Positions 9,756-21,102 of a DNA stretch of 33,257 nucleotides are shown one piece after another. The notes below the pieces were generated by a model. The model did no database searches and was not told the DNA's origin. It worked only from the letters and a program-made list of their open reading frames with translations. Each line of letters begins with the position of its first letter. The first letter of the stretch is position 1. Source of the DNA: Circinaria calcarea (lineage: Eukaryota); the NCBI GenBank assembly GCA_051942165.1, contig JAVECS010000036.1, positions 1 through 33,257 on the forward strand, in the 5' to 3' direction. Both the position numbers and the translations under genes were made by a program.

Positions 9756-12658
9756 ATGATGGACCTGAAGAACTTGCTACGTAACTCGCTGGAGCATGTC
9801 CGTAAAGAATCTAAAGCGAAAGACGGCGGAGGGCGGTGGTTTGTCCCTCTAGCAGAGTTACTGACCCAGCTCAAGGACCAGCAGATTGTAGAAAAGGCTG
9901 TGTTACAAGACCTCAAGATCCGTGAGGATGAACGACGAATGATTACGGCACTGGTGCTGGAATCGATTCCAAGAGTGTTCTCTATTTTGTTGTATAATGG
10001 CCACGAGGAACATCTGTCGGGATTTCTCTACCGGAGAAAAAATGACTCTGGGCTACCCTATCTCAAGGACGCTTTGCATTTTTTACCGCCTGACGTCGCT
10101 GCCGACTTCGTTGAGCGCCAATGGGAGTTCATCCCTGTGACTCTCAAGAAAGGTGCATTACGTCTTGATCTTGAGTATCTGCACATCCTTCCTTATTATG
10201 AAGATACGCACATTGGTCAAGGGGGGTTTGGAGAGGTATTCAGGGTTAAGCTTCACGTGAGGTGTCAAGAACTACATGCCCTACAGAATTCAGAGGTACC
10301 GGTTTTGTTTCTGTGGCATAATACCTTCCATACACCCACTTACTGCAACCTTAGTCTATCTACATAGCCCGTAAGCAAATCAAGGCAGACTCGAAATCGA
10401 TCGAAGAAACAGTGGTGCTCGAGCTTCTTCAGAAACTAAGGCATCCTAACATCATCGAGTTCCTGGGATCTTATGTATATCGTGGATTTCATAATCTGCT
10501 TTTCCCGCTTGCTGACATGAACCTGCACGAATTCTTCCGTGCGGATATCCAGCTGCCAGCCGATGTTCTGTTGTCCGAAATACATGGTATTGCCGATGGT
10601 CTAGCCCATATCCATAGATTCATCTTGTTAGACGGAGAGACGGAGCTAAAACATATCGGTTATCACCACGACTTGAGGCCCGCCAACATCTTATTCATCG
10701 GTACGAAGTTCGTAATCACTGATTTTGGCCTTTCAAAGTTGAAACCAGAAGATGAGACATCCAGATCTAGACTACGTGGGGGTCACGATGATTATTTAGG
10801 ACCTGAAGCCTTCGATGAGATCGATTGGTCGAACGGAAAGGTCGGTCGTGCCCTTGACGTTTGGGCCCTGGGTTGCATAATTGCAGAATTTGCCACCTAT
10901 ATGGCGAATCTAAGCGTTGAGGAATTCAAGAGGAGTCGAGAAGAAACTTATAAGCACGAATGGCTATCGATAACAGATTGTGCTTTTCATCTGGGCGGTG
11001 TTCTAAGACCTGCTGTCGATGCTTGGCTATCTCAGCTGGCATCTGGTCACGGCTCTAACCATAGCGAGCTTGTGAAGCTTACTAGGGAGATGCTTAATCC
11101 AATTTGGCGAAGGAGGATTGATATCAGTGTTGCTATACAGCGTTTGTCCATCATCAACTTGCATTCAAAAGCTTCTGCGGTGGACCATTTACTGACCGAA
11201 CATACCCATTGCGAGCCACCTTACAAAAAGACAACGCATGTATTTGTGCTATTAGAGACCATGCGGTTCCATGCTTGGTACGAGGCCTACCAGTCGATGG
11301 ACAGAAATCATATGTTTGAGAATATCCAAGACACCCTTAGCACTCTTGACATGCTACAAAAAGCCATCAAACTACTGACTTGCACCTTCAACGACTCGGT
11401 AGCTTCCATTTATGATTCCCAGCTACCAGATGACATCGATCATATTGGGAAGATTATCGATTCTTTAGGCAAAGACCTTCCAAAACATCAACAGAATGAT
11501 ATGGATAGACTCTGGACCCAGAGCGTAACAGAAATTGAAAGCATGGATGTTTTGCAGCAAATTCGAACCGCCTCTATGACGACCAGATACCGGGCTGTCG
11601 GTATCAAGTCCGCGATGAGATATATGTCTCGCGCCATCTCCAAATCCATTCGCGCAGGCGGTAAGAAGATGCTACTTGATGCTGGAGAGATTGAAGTTGG
11701 AGGTGACGACCAGTTTGATTGTGTTGAATCTGACGAAAAAGAGATAACTCGAAGCAGTGGCTATTGCGACGATTTACGAGTGCTTATCGAATGGGTCAGA
11801 TACGACCCACGGTGGAAGGGAACCCAAGGGGACGAAATGCTTACGCGAATGGAGAACTTGGCCAGATTCCTTAATCCGGACGAGACTGCACGTTCTGGAA
11901 TTCTTAAAGATCGTGTTCTTGAATGCTTGGGCTATTTCCACGATTCGAAGAGGTGGAAGTTTGGATTTGCCTATCGGATACCTTCAGATTCAAATAGCGC
12001 CTCTCTTGATGTTTTCGCCCTCAATAACATCATTCAGGGAGAGCCAAAAAGTGCAACGAGACCTGATCTAGGCGAGGTGTTTAAATTAGGGCAAGTCTTG
12101 GTAGGCACAGTGGATGCGCTTCATGAGGTTGGATGGCTCCACAAGAGCATATCATCCCACAACATCCTAATTCAGGCAGACACCAAGGACGCCGCTTGTA
12201 GAAAGATCGGTTCGGCGGTATTAGCAGGTTTCTCTCAGAGCAGGCCAGAGGTACTTGTGATGACACTCGGCCCAACCCCATCATTCAGACTTTATCACCA
12301 CCCTCGCTATATTGAATCAGGCTCTTCATTCAATAAAACATATGATTTCTTTGGTGTAGGGATCGTCCTACTAGAGTTAGGACTCTGGTGTACTATGGCC
12401 TATTTATTCGAACATGATACTAGCTTGAGCAGTCCAGTCTCTCGCTCGACGGCCGAGGCAAACCAGAAAATACTCTTAGAGAAATATGTCCCTCAGCTCG
12501 GCGAGCGTGTAGGAGCTGTGTACAGAGACGCTGTAGTCTTCTGTCTTGATGCAGAAAGGGAATTTGGAGGCTCATCAAACACCATGGAAGACCGAAGAGC
12601 GGCGCAGAGGGCATTCCGTGAAAATGTAGTCGACCCGCTAGCTAGGTGTTATGCCTGA
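9756..12658 (+). CDS. Tandem kinase-pseudokinase protein (~947 aa)
   Basis: Exons 9756-10295 and 10355-12658 (GTACCG...TTAG intron supplies the IARK beta3 lysine). Domain 1 has GQGGFGEV, ARK, HHDLRPAN, DFG, GPE and DVWALG. Domain 2 is kinase-like, with VLIEW, LECLGYF, LHKSISSHNI, LAGF, YHHPRY and YDFFGVGIVLLELGLW; it lacks the beta3 Lys, the catalytic Asp and the DFG Asp. Confidence 0.88.
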
Positions 12659-12748
12659 AACGTGATCTGTTATTGTTAGCAATAGACAAGAGTGATGGGC
12701 CAAAGAGACTTGTATTACCAAACAATAATGCAGTGAAGCATAGTAGAA

Positions 12749-15700
12749 TTAATCCGTCGTCTCTCTAAAACAACTCATCGAAGCTGCTTTGCGCTGTTCT
12801 CGGACAAAGCGCAATTGAGCTATACGAGGTGCAGTAATCTTTAGGCTTTCGTTCATTCTTTGGGAAGCATCGACCACATCTGTGAACACTTTTTCTGACT
12901 CTTCAAGATTACCTTGGCCATATAGAACTGCGGCAAGATCATTTTTTGCTCTAAGAGTTAGAGGTGCATCGGGCCCTAAAAGTCTTTCTCGAACTTCCAG
13001 CACTACCCTAATATACCGCTCTGCTTCTCCATATTCACCTTGTGCATTTAGTACAGACGCAAGATTCATCATTGAAAGTTGAACAGTCTCGTGCTCTTCG
13101 GGCAGAACTGTACGCCGAATCTCCAGCGCTTCCACCTCTAGCTTTTGTGAATCCTGGTATTGCCCCTGTCTGAAATGCAGGTCTGCATGTCGGACGCAGA
13201 TGGCCGCGCGCCAGAGAAGGGTTTCACGTGAAGTGCCACCGCCAGTTTCTTCAATGACTTTATATAGCTGTTTAGCCTCTTCTAATCTCTCATATCTCCC
13301 ATACGCATAGGCCAAATCTCCCATCGTTTTGATTGTTGAGAGATGGTATGGACCTAGGAATATCTTCTTCAGTTGCAAATTCTCTAAAACCTCCATCTCG
13401 AGCTCTCTTGTCAATTCGCCTTGAAGTCTAGTACCTAACGCGTTACCCCTCATCCTAAGAAATACCGGGTGTTGAGGACCAAACCTATCCAAAGCGAGGT
13501 GAACAGCTTGTTGTTCCATCTTTATTGCTTCCTCATATTTACCTTCTCGCTTACATAGTGTAGCATAGATCGCAATGGCCAGAATCTCCATATCTTTACC
13601 GGTCACAGCGCTTTTTAGCTTTGTGTCAAACAGGTTTCTGGCTTTGGGATAATCCCCTGCCTCAACGTAGACTTTCATAAGAACAACATTTACTCTTAAA
13701 GTCTCGAGATGGTGAGGCCCGACTGAGCTGCTACACCAAGAAAGAGCGTTAGTGCATAGGTTTGCTGCTTGACCAATTTCTCCTTGATCAGCCAGGGTAA
13801 GAGCAAATTCCCGCGCTGCCTCAATAGCAATAACTCCAAGGGGTCCCTTGCCACAACGGGCCTCTAAAATCTGTTTATGGAGCTTGACAGCCTTGTCGAA
13901 GGAGCCTTGTTCGGAGAGAAAGTGTGCCAGGTTGGCCTTTGCTACAGTTACGTACGGATGCTCTCCTCCTAAGCTTAACCTGCAAGATTCTAGCGTGCTC
14001 TCTCTCAAAGCCTCCGCCTGATCTCTCTTGGCGTCGAGAACTAGCCCGGAGGCAATCACTTCGATACACCCTAAGAAGGTTGCCGGGTCCATAGCAGGAG
14101 AGTTCCCTAAAGCTTCCACTACCTCCTTGGCTTCTATTGAAGCATCTCTTACTTCTCCTTGCCTGAGTAGATTACTAGCTAGCAGGTGTTTGGTCCGTGA
14201 GGTAAGTATCGAAGGATCTCGTTTGTCAAGCGGAGCTCTGAATCTTAACACGGTCCGTAGTATCTTTTCTTCCTCTTTGAAATCCTTCTTAGAGCCGCGT
14301 ATGGCTGCAAGGACCTCTTCTGCCTCAAGCTTCATGGGGTCATCTTGTTTGAACTTTCTTTTGAAAACTTTGATGGCGCTACGAGCAGCATCTTCAGCAT
14401 CTTCTAAGCGGCCGAGATCCCGAAACATGTTGGCTTGACACATCCGAGTATACGCTTTGATCACCGGATCTTCTACCCGTGAGGTTTTTGCCGCAACAAG
14501 AGCCATCATCTCATTTGCCTTTTGAAGAAACCCTACGTGTTGAATCGAGGAGGCCCAACATAGCTCGGCTCGAATAGTTAGCGGATGATACTCACCCAAT
14601 GTCTCTGTTCTGGCTTCACTGACTAGCTGCAACAAAGTTGCTGCTTCTTCGTGCCTACCCAGATCTGTAAGTGTTCTGCCCAGATTTTGTGACACCGTGA
14701 TAGCATCGGGGTGGTCTGGGCCTAGAACTTGGACAGTAGATTCTTGAAGTTGGCGTTGCAACGCTTCTGCTTCTATCAGTCGCCCCTGGAGTGCCAAGAT
14801 CATGGCCAAGCCGTTTAGGGATGATAAGGTTAGAGGATGCCGCTCCTGAAGTATTTCTTTGCATGTCGATATCACATCTTGCTGAAGATCTTTAGCTTTC
14901 TGGAACTGAGCTTGAGTTACGTATATCTGGGCGAGATCCGTCTTTAGCTGTAATAGAGACTTATCTGATTCGCCAATGGCTAGCTTTCTTGCATTAATTT
15001 CTAGTAAAAGCGACTCTTCAGCTTCTAGCAACCGCCCTTCCTTCCTGTATTGTTCCGTGCGATCTGTTGTCACAAGAAGACCAAGACTAAGAGAATCTCG
15101 GACCTGCTGAGAAAGATTACCAGTGAGCTGATAGTTATGCTTGATTTGGTCAACCGCTGAGGTAAGGTCTGTTTCTTTCATTGCGGCTCTTTGTAGCCAG
15201 GACTGGGACTGCTGAGGTGTTCTTCGAACCCCGAACCCGATTGTGTGACAAATTGCGAGCTGAAAGGCATAATGTTGTGCACATTTGGAACACGGAGAGC
15301 ATCTAACTTTCGATTCGAGATCCACGGCTATATTACGCCTTAAGATGTAATCTACGTCGTCAAGTTCGCTAAGTGCATTTACGATCTGCAAAGGTCATTT
15401 AATTGAGCCATAAATTTCTAAGGGCAAGAGAAAAGGCCTTCCATACATCGAAAACTTTATGAGAACATGGAATTGTAGGTGTGAAAGATGCTGAGGGAGG
15501 ACATAATGGGGACATTTCTCGCTTCCTAAATGGCACGTGAGTTATTCGTCAATGAAAACAAGCGGGTTTTCTACTCAAATGAATCATTTTTCCCGAGTAG
15601 ACGGACGAGATGCGCCCAGTCCACTTTTCTGCGACCAGGCTCTTGAATCAGGGTATCCGAAATGGCTTCCTCTAAAACCCTTTGATGCAAGGAAGGGATG

Positions 15701-16666
15701 TCGGATGCCATGGCTATACATAGAATCTTCTGCTTTAAAGAATCAATCATTTGGAGATTCTTAAGCTTTTGATTGGTTGACGGCGTGGGATCTATGAAGA
15801 ACATGTCATGACTTTTCAATGCATCCATTGGGATAAGGATATGAGCAGCGAGAAAACCGATCGAGTAGAGATCGGAGAACACGATATCATCAGCTGATAT
15901 ACAAACCTGCTGAGCTGTTTGCAGTTCAGGCGCATTCCATAAAGGAGTCCCTTCGGGGATTCGCACTTGCCCTCGAATTGCGGATGATCCAAAATCTGTG
16001 ACCTGGCAGCAGATCCTTCCTTCCTTATCTTCATTCACCAATATATTGTCTGGCTTAACATCACCATGGCCAATACCTATATTTCAATCAGTGGATGGCC
16101 ATACGGCCTCACTTTATTGCTCACGTACCACAATCGTGGAGTAGCCGAAAAGCCTCCATTACCTGAGAAAAGATTTGGAGCCGAACATCGTCATTGATCG
16201 TTTCTTGCGTGAGAAAGCTTGCAAGGCTTCCTCGGCTTACTTTAGATGTCAAGGTGTACGGCCAGGCCTTTGACCTCCGAGCATCAATATCCCAAACAAT
16301 GCCAATGAGACTGACAATGTGTATGTTTGCTCTAATAGGAGGGTACTGTAATATGCAAAGCTCGGTTGCCAAGCTGTACCAGTCCTGAAAAGAACTGTCG
16401 TCGCATGTACGCCGAGAAGATATTGCATTTTTGAAAATTAGAGTAGTAGCGATGTCGGCTACAGATTGAAATACATCACCCGACCGACCACGGCCGACAA
16501 TACCGAGGCCAGTATGAGGGGATATGGGGAGGAGGGAAACCGAGTGGTGTTGTACGATGCTCAGGAGGTCGATGAGGCTCGTCTGCTCTACATTTTTCTC
16601 TAGGTCAGCCTTATTGGACGGACCTGAAAGATCGACGACTCGTGAGAAGCGGATAGTTCCTGGCAT
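12749..16666 (-). CDS. Ser/Thr kinase - Sel1-like repeat - long TPR array (kinesin-light-chain-like) protein (~1251 aa)
   Basis: Exons 16666-16129, 16076-15575, 15525-15447, 15385-12749 (3756 nt, in frame). Kinase motifs: GRGRSGDV, IFK, HGDVKPDN, DFG, GTPLWNAPE, SDLYSIG. Sel1-like segment AFQLAICHTIGFGV...SWL. About 42-aa repeats with LGxxHPxT (ERHPLT, GPDHPDA, GEYHPLT, GEHPYV, GPHHLET, GPQHPV, GPYHLST, EEHETV, GPDAPLT). Confidence 0.88.
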
Positions 16667-16811
16667 TCTGCGACGGGGAATCAGTCGAGGAGTTGAAGCG
16701 CTGGGAATTGGGAGTGCAAAGAATGCTGCACTTGGGTGCCAAAGACCGTGAAACACTAAAACTTTAAGCGAGAATCATACCACAGTACAGGCCTGGGAGA
16801 AACGCCGACGA

Positions 16812-16820
16812 TTTATATAA
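16812..16820 (-). promoter_or_regulatory. Candidate TATA box of the kinase-TPR gene
   Basis: TTATATAAA on the - strand about 150 nt upstream of ATG 16666. Confidence 0.4.
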
Positions 16821-17478
16821 CCTCTACCCCTTTTACTCGTCGACCTTTTATAACACTTTCTTTGACTAGACTCCCTTATACTCCATTCAAGGAAGCAAAG
16901 TAAGGCCGGACACGGGCCAGCATCAGAAATGCAAAGACTTTGGTAAACTGGAGAAGTGGGCTAGAGATATCTCCCTATGGTACGCGACTATTTCGGTTAC
17001 AGTGATGAGTGGGTCGGAGACTACATTGAACAGACCCTGGTACAGTCAAGGTAATACTCTCGGCGGTAGCTTCTGATTATGCTCTTTCCTCAGATTTGCT
17101 TCTCATCCAACAGTCTATGATATCTCCAAGACACCGGAAGTCAAATTTTATGAGCATATCTTACTGTCTTCTCTTCCATTCACATCGGTCCTTTGTGCTT
17201 TGTTCCTCAGACCTATGAACGGTTTAGTAAGGAGGTTCGACAGAGTTATGATGGTGGATATTCGGTGTTAATAGTCGAGGGTTTTTACAGCGAGAATAGG
17301 GCCGATATTCTCCACATGGATACCTCACATCGTAGACGACTCCTAAATGCATGTTCGACTTGCCCTACTGAAGAAGAAGTATGGGTATCAAAACAAATCA
17401 CCTAACCAAATTGTTAAAACGCCAGCGCTATGCTCTACCTTCCAATGACTTCCGCCCTAACCCTTTGTTAATCTCATT

Positions 17479-19152
17479 CTACTCCTCCGGCTTATAAACA
17501 GCCTCCTTGCACAGCACCACCACCTTCTTAAAGAACCGCCTCCACTCCACCGGATCCCCCTTCACCTTGATGAAATTCACCTCCACCAAGCCCTCATCCA
17601 TGCCTTCCATCCTCTCTACCACAATATCTCCACTAAGAGCACAGTTACGCGCATCCATTGTCTTGACCTTGAGCCACGCCGTAGCATCCTGCCCGTTAAG
17701 CGCTGACGGTGGGAGTATAGGGACCGGCACGCCCAACCGATGTAAACTTTCGGAGATGGTTGGCAGGAGAGCGGGGAAAGCCCACAGGGAGAAGAAGCGG
17801 GTAAGGGAGTGCGAGGGGAGGATGTCGCGGAACTGGCGGGCGAATTGTGTGCGGCTCAAAGGGACGGAAGGAGTGGCGGAGAATTGCGAAAAGGATGGTT
17901 CCTCGGCAAGTCGGTCCTCTAGATTATCGTTGCGGTACAGACCTGTTGGTCTATCCGATGTAGGCTGACTGGCTGACACGCCTCCGGCTATGTAACGAGG
18001 TGGTTTCTCCCAATCGAACATGATGTCGTTGATCGGTGTCTCGGGCTGAGTGGATGCGAATTTGGTATCCCAGTCCGGTTTGTCAACCTCCATAGCATCT
18101 GTCGACCTTTGTGGACGTTGTGAACCCATTGGATCCTGGTTAAAGTCTATCTTCATGTTCTCCAACATCTGAGTAGCTAGGGCAATAGGATTTGTGAGCT
18201 TGCCATTAGCGCCTAGGTACTGGTTTTTCCTGGTAAACCACGGATGCCTCCTCACATCATCGAGGGAAAACCGGGCTTCAGGATTGATCTTCATCATTCC
18301 TCGTAGTAACGAAAGTGTCTCTGTGGGTAGATTTTGCCACAGTTCATCGTCCGGACGCCCGTTTGTCCTTGCATATTCGTTGAACTCATAGCTTCGATCT
18401 AATGGTTCATCCCAGGGTGTATTACCGACCAATAGAACGAAAAGTACCACCCCGCAAGACCATATATCGACAAGATCGCCATAATAGCCTTGACCTGATT
18501 TCTTCCCGGTTAGAGGATCGCAAGTGACGACTTCTGGGGCCGTATATGGAGGACTCCCGCAACTTGTTTTACAGATCTTTCTGACTCCTTGATAGGAGAA
18601 GAGGGTGGCAAGCCCAAAATCGGCAATTTTCAAATTCCCTTCTGCAGACAATAGTATGTTCTCGGGCTTGATATCCCGGTGTCCTACGCCCTTCGAATGC
18701 ATAAATGCTACCGCACTGACGAGCTGTGTAAAGTAAAGATGGGCAATATCTTCCCCAATCCCAACGTCAGATTCAATTTTGTCGAACAGATCCCCCCCTT
18801 CTGCCAACTCCATGGCGATCCATTTCCAAGCTTGATCCTCGCCGGATCGAAAGAACTGTACGATGTTGGGATGCTGATCTAGGTGTTGATGCAAGGTAAT
18901 TTCGAGATTCAGCTGCTTGAGGGTGATTCGACCATGTCGGATTGCGAAGGCTTTGTGGATAAACTTGACGGCAAAGATAGGGGAAGGACTGTCGAGAGGT
19001 CTTGCTTTCTTGATGCTTCTATCCTTAGCATCAAGTTTCTGTGACTTCAAATGTATGACTTACCATGCATAGGCCCCCTGCCCTATCGTCTTTGATATGA
19101 TGTGAAAGGGCAGCTCGCTTGGAAGCGGCGCGAGTTGAGAATGGGCTATCAT
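17479..19152 (-). CDS. chk1: Checkpoint kinase Chk1 (~541 aa)
   Basis: Exon 1 19152-19064 (MIAHSQLAPLPSELPFHIISKTIGQGAYA) and exon 2 19015-17479. Motifs: FAVKFIHK, GGDLFDKIESD, HRDIKPEN, DFGLAT, CGSPPYTAPE, GNTPWDEP, SQ/TQ sites, and a C-terminal KA1-like LTRFFS...KVKGDPVEWRRFFK. Confidence 0.95.
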
Positions 19153-19687
19153 CTTGACACAAGCAATTCACCGATGCTCCTTTTCATTACTGGAGAGCTC
19201 CAGTTGCTTCATATCTCAAACAGGCGTATCGCAATTCTTTCCTGTTTGTGCCATAGAACAGTGCTAGCCACTCAACCACGAAAGCCACGCGATTGAGTTT
19301 CAAGCCTCGCGACGAAAACACTGTAAATCCGCGATGAGCAGGGGTACGGTCAAAATCGGTACCGCGGAAGCTAGTCTAAAACCGGTTGCCATGTAAACAA
19401 ATGCCAATTTTAACTCGTCTTTTTCTGAAGCCTCAAAGTCCTACAAATACCCATCCTCACCGCCCTGAAGCACTCCACGGCAACTTTTACTACTTGCATC
19501 GCCTTTGACCCAGCATTGGATTCATTGTACATCCATTCCACCGCATACATAACCCCGCATTCACACCTTTCGCATACCATTCAACAAACTCCATACATCG
19601 TCAACAATTCCACCGCCCTTATCCTATCCGTTTCTTTGTCCTCGGAATCCCTACTTCAACATTCAACCTTGTACTCCATCACTCGAA
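19153..19687. promoter_or_regulatory. Bidirectional chk1/E2-C promoter with candidate cell-cycle and DNA-damage elements
   Basis: SCB-like CACGAAA 19277-19283; CGCG cores at ~19288, 19308 and 19330; X-box-like GTTGCCATGTAAAC 19385-19398 overlapping forkhead GTAAACAAA 19393-19401; second X-box-like CTCCACGGCAAC ~19473-19484. Confidence 0.5.
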
Positions 19688-20393
19688 ATGGACTACAATA
19701 TGGAGGACACCCAGAACTCCGCCCCCGGAGACCCCACTCTCCACGAAGCCGCCAAACTCCATCCCGCACCTCGCCGAAACGACACCCAGAGCGTCACTAA
19801 ACAGTATACCCTCACTCCACTTCCTTCAAACCCATACACGATACTGACCTGCCTCTCCCATCCCTAGCCTCCAATCCGAACTCATGACCCTCATGCTCTC
19901 CTCCCCTCCCAACATCTCCGCCTTCCCCTCCTCGACCTCCCTCCTCACCTGGACCGGCACCCTTTCCGGGCCCGAATCTACCCCTTACGCCAACCTTACC
20001 TTCAAGCTCACCTTCACCTTTCCCTCCAACTACCCCTACGCACCCCCCAACGTCGTCTTCAAAACTCCCATCTACCACCCCAACGTCGACTTCAGTGGGC
20101 GCATCTGCCTCGACATCCTCAAGGAGAAGTGGAGTGCCGTGCTGAACGTCATGAGCGTGCTACTGAGCTTGCAGAGTTTGCTGGGAGAACCGAATAAGTG
20201 TGTTTTCATTCCTTTTCTGATCTTTGGAGAGTCGGATGGGCACTAGTGAATGAGATGCTGATTACACTTCTGTGACTCTAGCGCGAGTCCTCTGAACGGC
20301 GAAGCGGCGGAGCTATGGGACAGCGATCCAGCGGAATTCAAAAGAAAAGTGCTAGCACGCCATCGGGACCTGGAGGATGACGAGGAGGAGTGA
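19688..20393 (+). CDS. ubc11: Ubiquitin-conjugating enzyme E2-C (UBE2C/UbcH10/Ubc11 type, APC/C E2), ~185 aa
   Basis: Exons 19688-19803, 19868-20197, 20282-20393. N-terminal extension ...[47 protein letters not shown] (catalytic Cys), [19 protein letters not shown]. Confidence 0.93.
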
Positions 20394-21102
20394 GCAGGAG
20401 CGAGCTTATACTTAAGCAGAGTAAGCGGGAGCTCAATTTAAGGCCTCTTCAGCATCGGCCATGACCAAGGACGTCAGGACTGCGGAGCATGCAGAGGCTA
20501 CTCTGGTAGCATTTGTGTTTGGATGGGGGAATCTGGTAGTCACGGCTACAAAATACTAGTCTGTGGTTTTTCTGGTGCATTGCATGCCAAGGGCGCCAGA
20601 AATGAAGCATTTTCTTTTACAATGGCAGGAATGGTAAAACGACCTCTATTAACCATTGGAAAAACTCATAACATAGTCTCGTATATTTCCCTTTGACATG
20701 AGAATTATGTTATAGAGTTCAGGATACGTCGGCCAACCTCTCTCCTCCCTCTGTGTTGTCATCAGCCATCAACGCCGTACATACCCTTATCCCAGTGTGC
20801 CTCTTGTTTAAACAAAAGTCCTAGCCAGTAGCAGCGCTCTCTCTCTCTCTTTCTCTAAACTTGACGACGTTTTTACCTGTAGGAAAGCCAAACCGAACCA
20901 AAGGACAAATACGCGTTGCAGCTTTTCTCCCCTTCGCTCACCTCTGACCGGGAATAGGAAAACACCACACCCGCCCGCTCCATAACGCCTTGCTGGGGAG
21001 ATTCGAGCCCTTCGACATCTCCGAAGAGGATACACAACACAAAAGGAAATTTTCGGTGTAGCTCAATGGCAACCTGAATTGACAAGCGGTGAAGAGGGGG
21101 GT

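Noticed and set aside
12749..15391. Calling the TPR gene a kinesin light chain or a canonical NLR
   Set aside because: It is spliced to an N-terminal kinase, and no P-loop NACHT/NB-ARC motif is visible.
20836..20855. (CT)n microsatellite between ubc11 and sln1
   Set aside because: Short, ordinary simple repeat in a 3' region.
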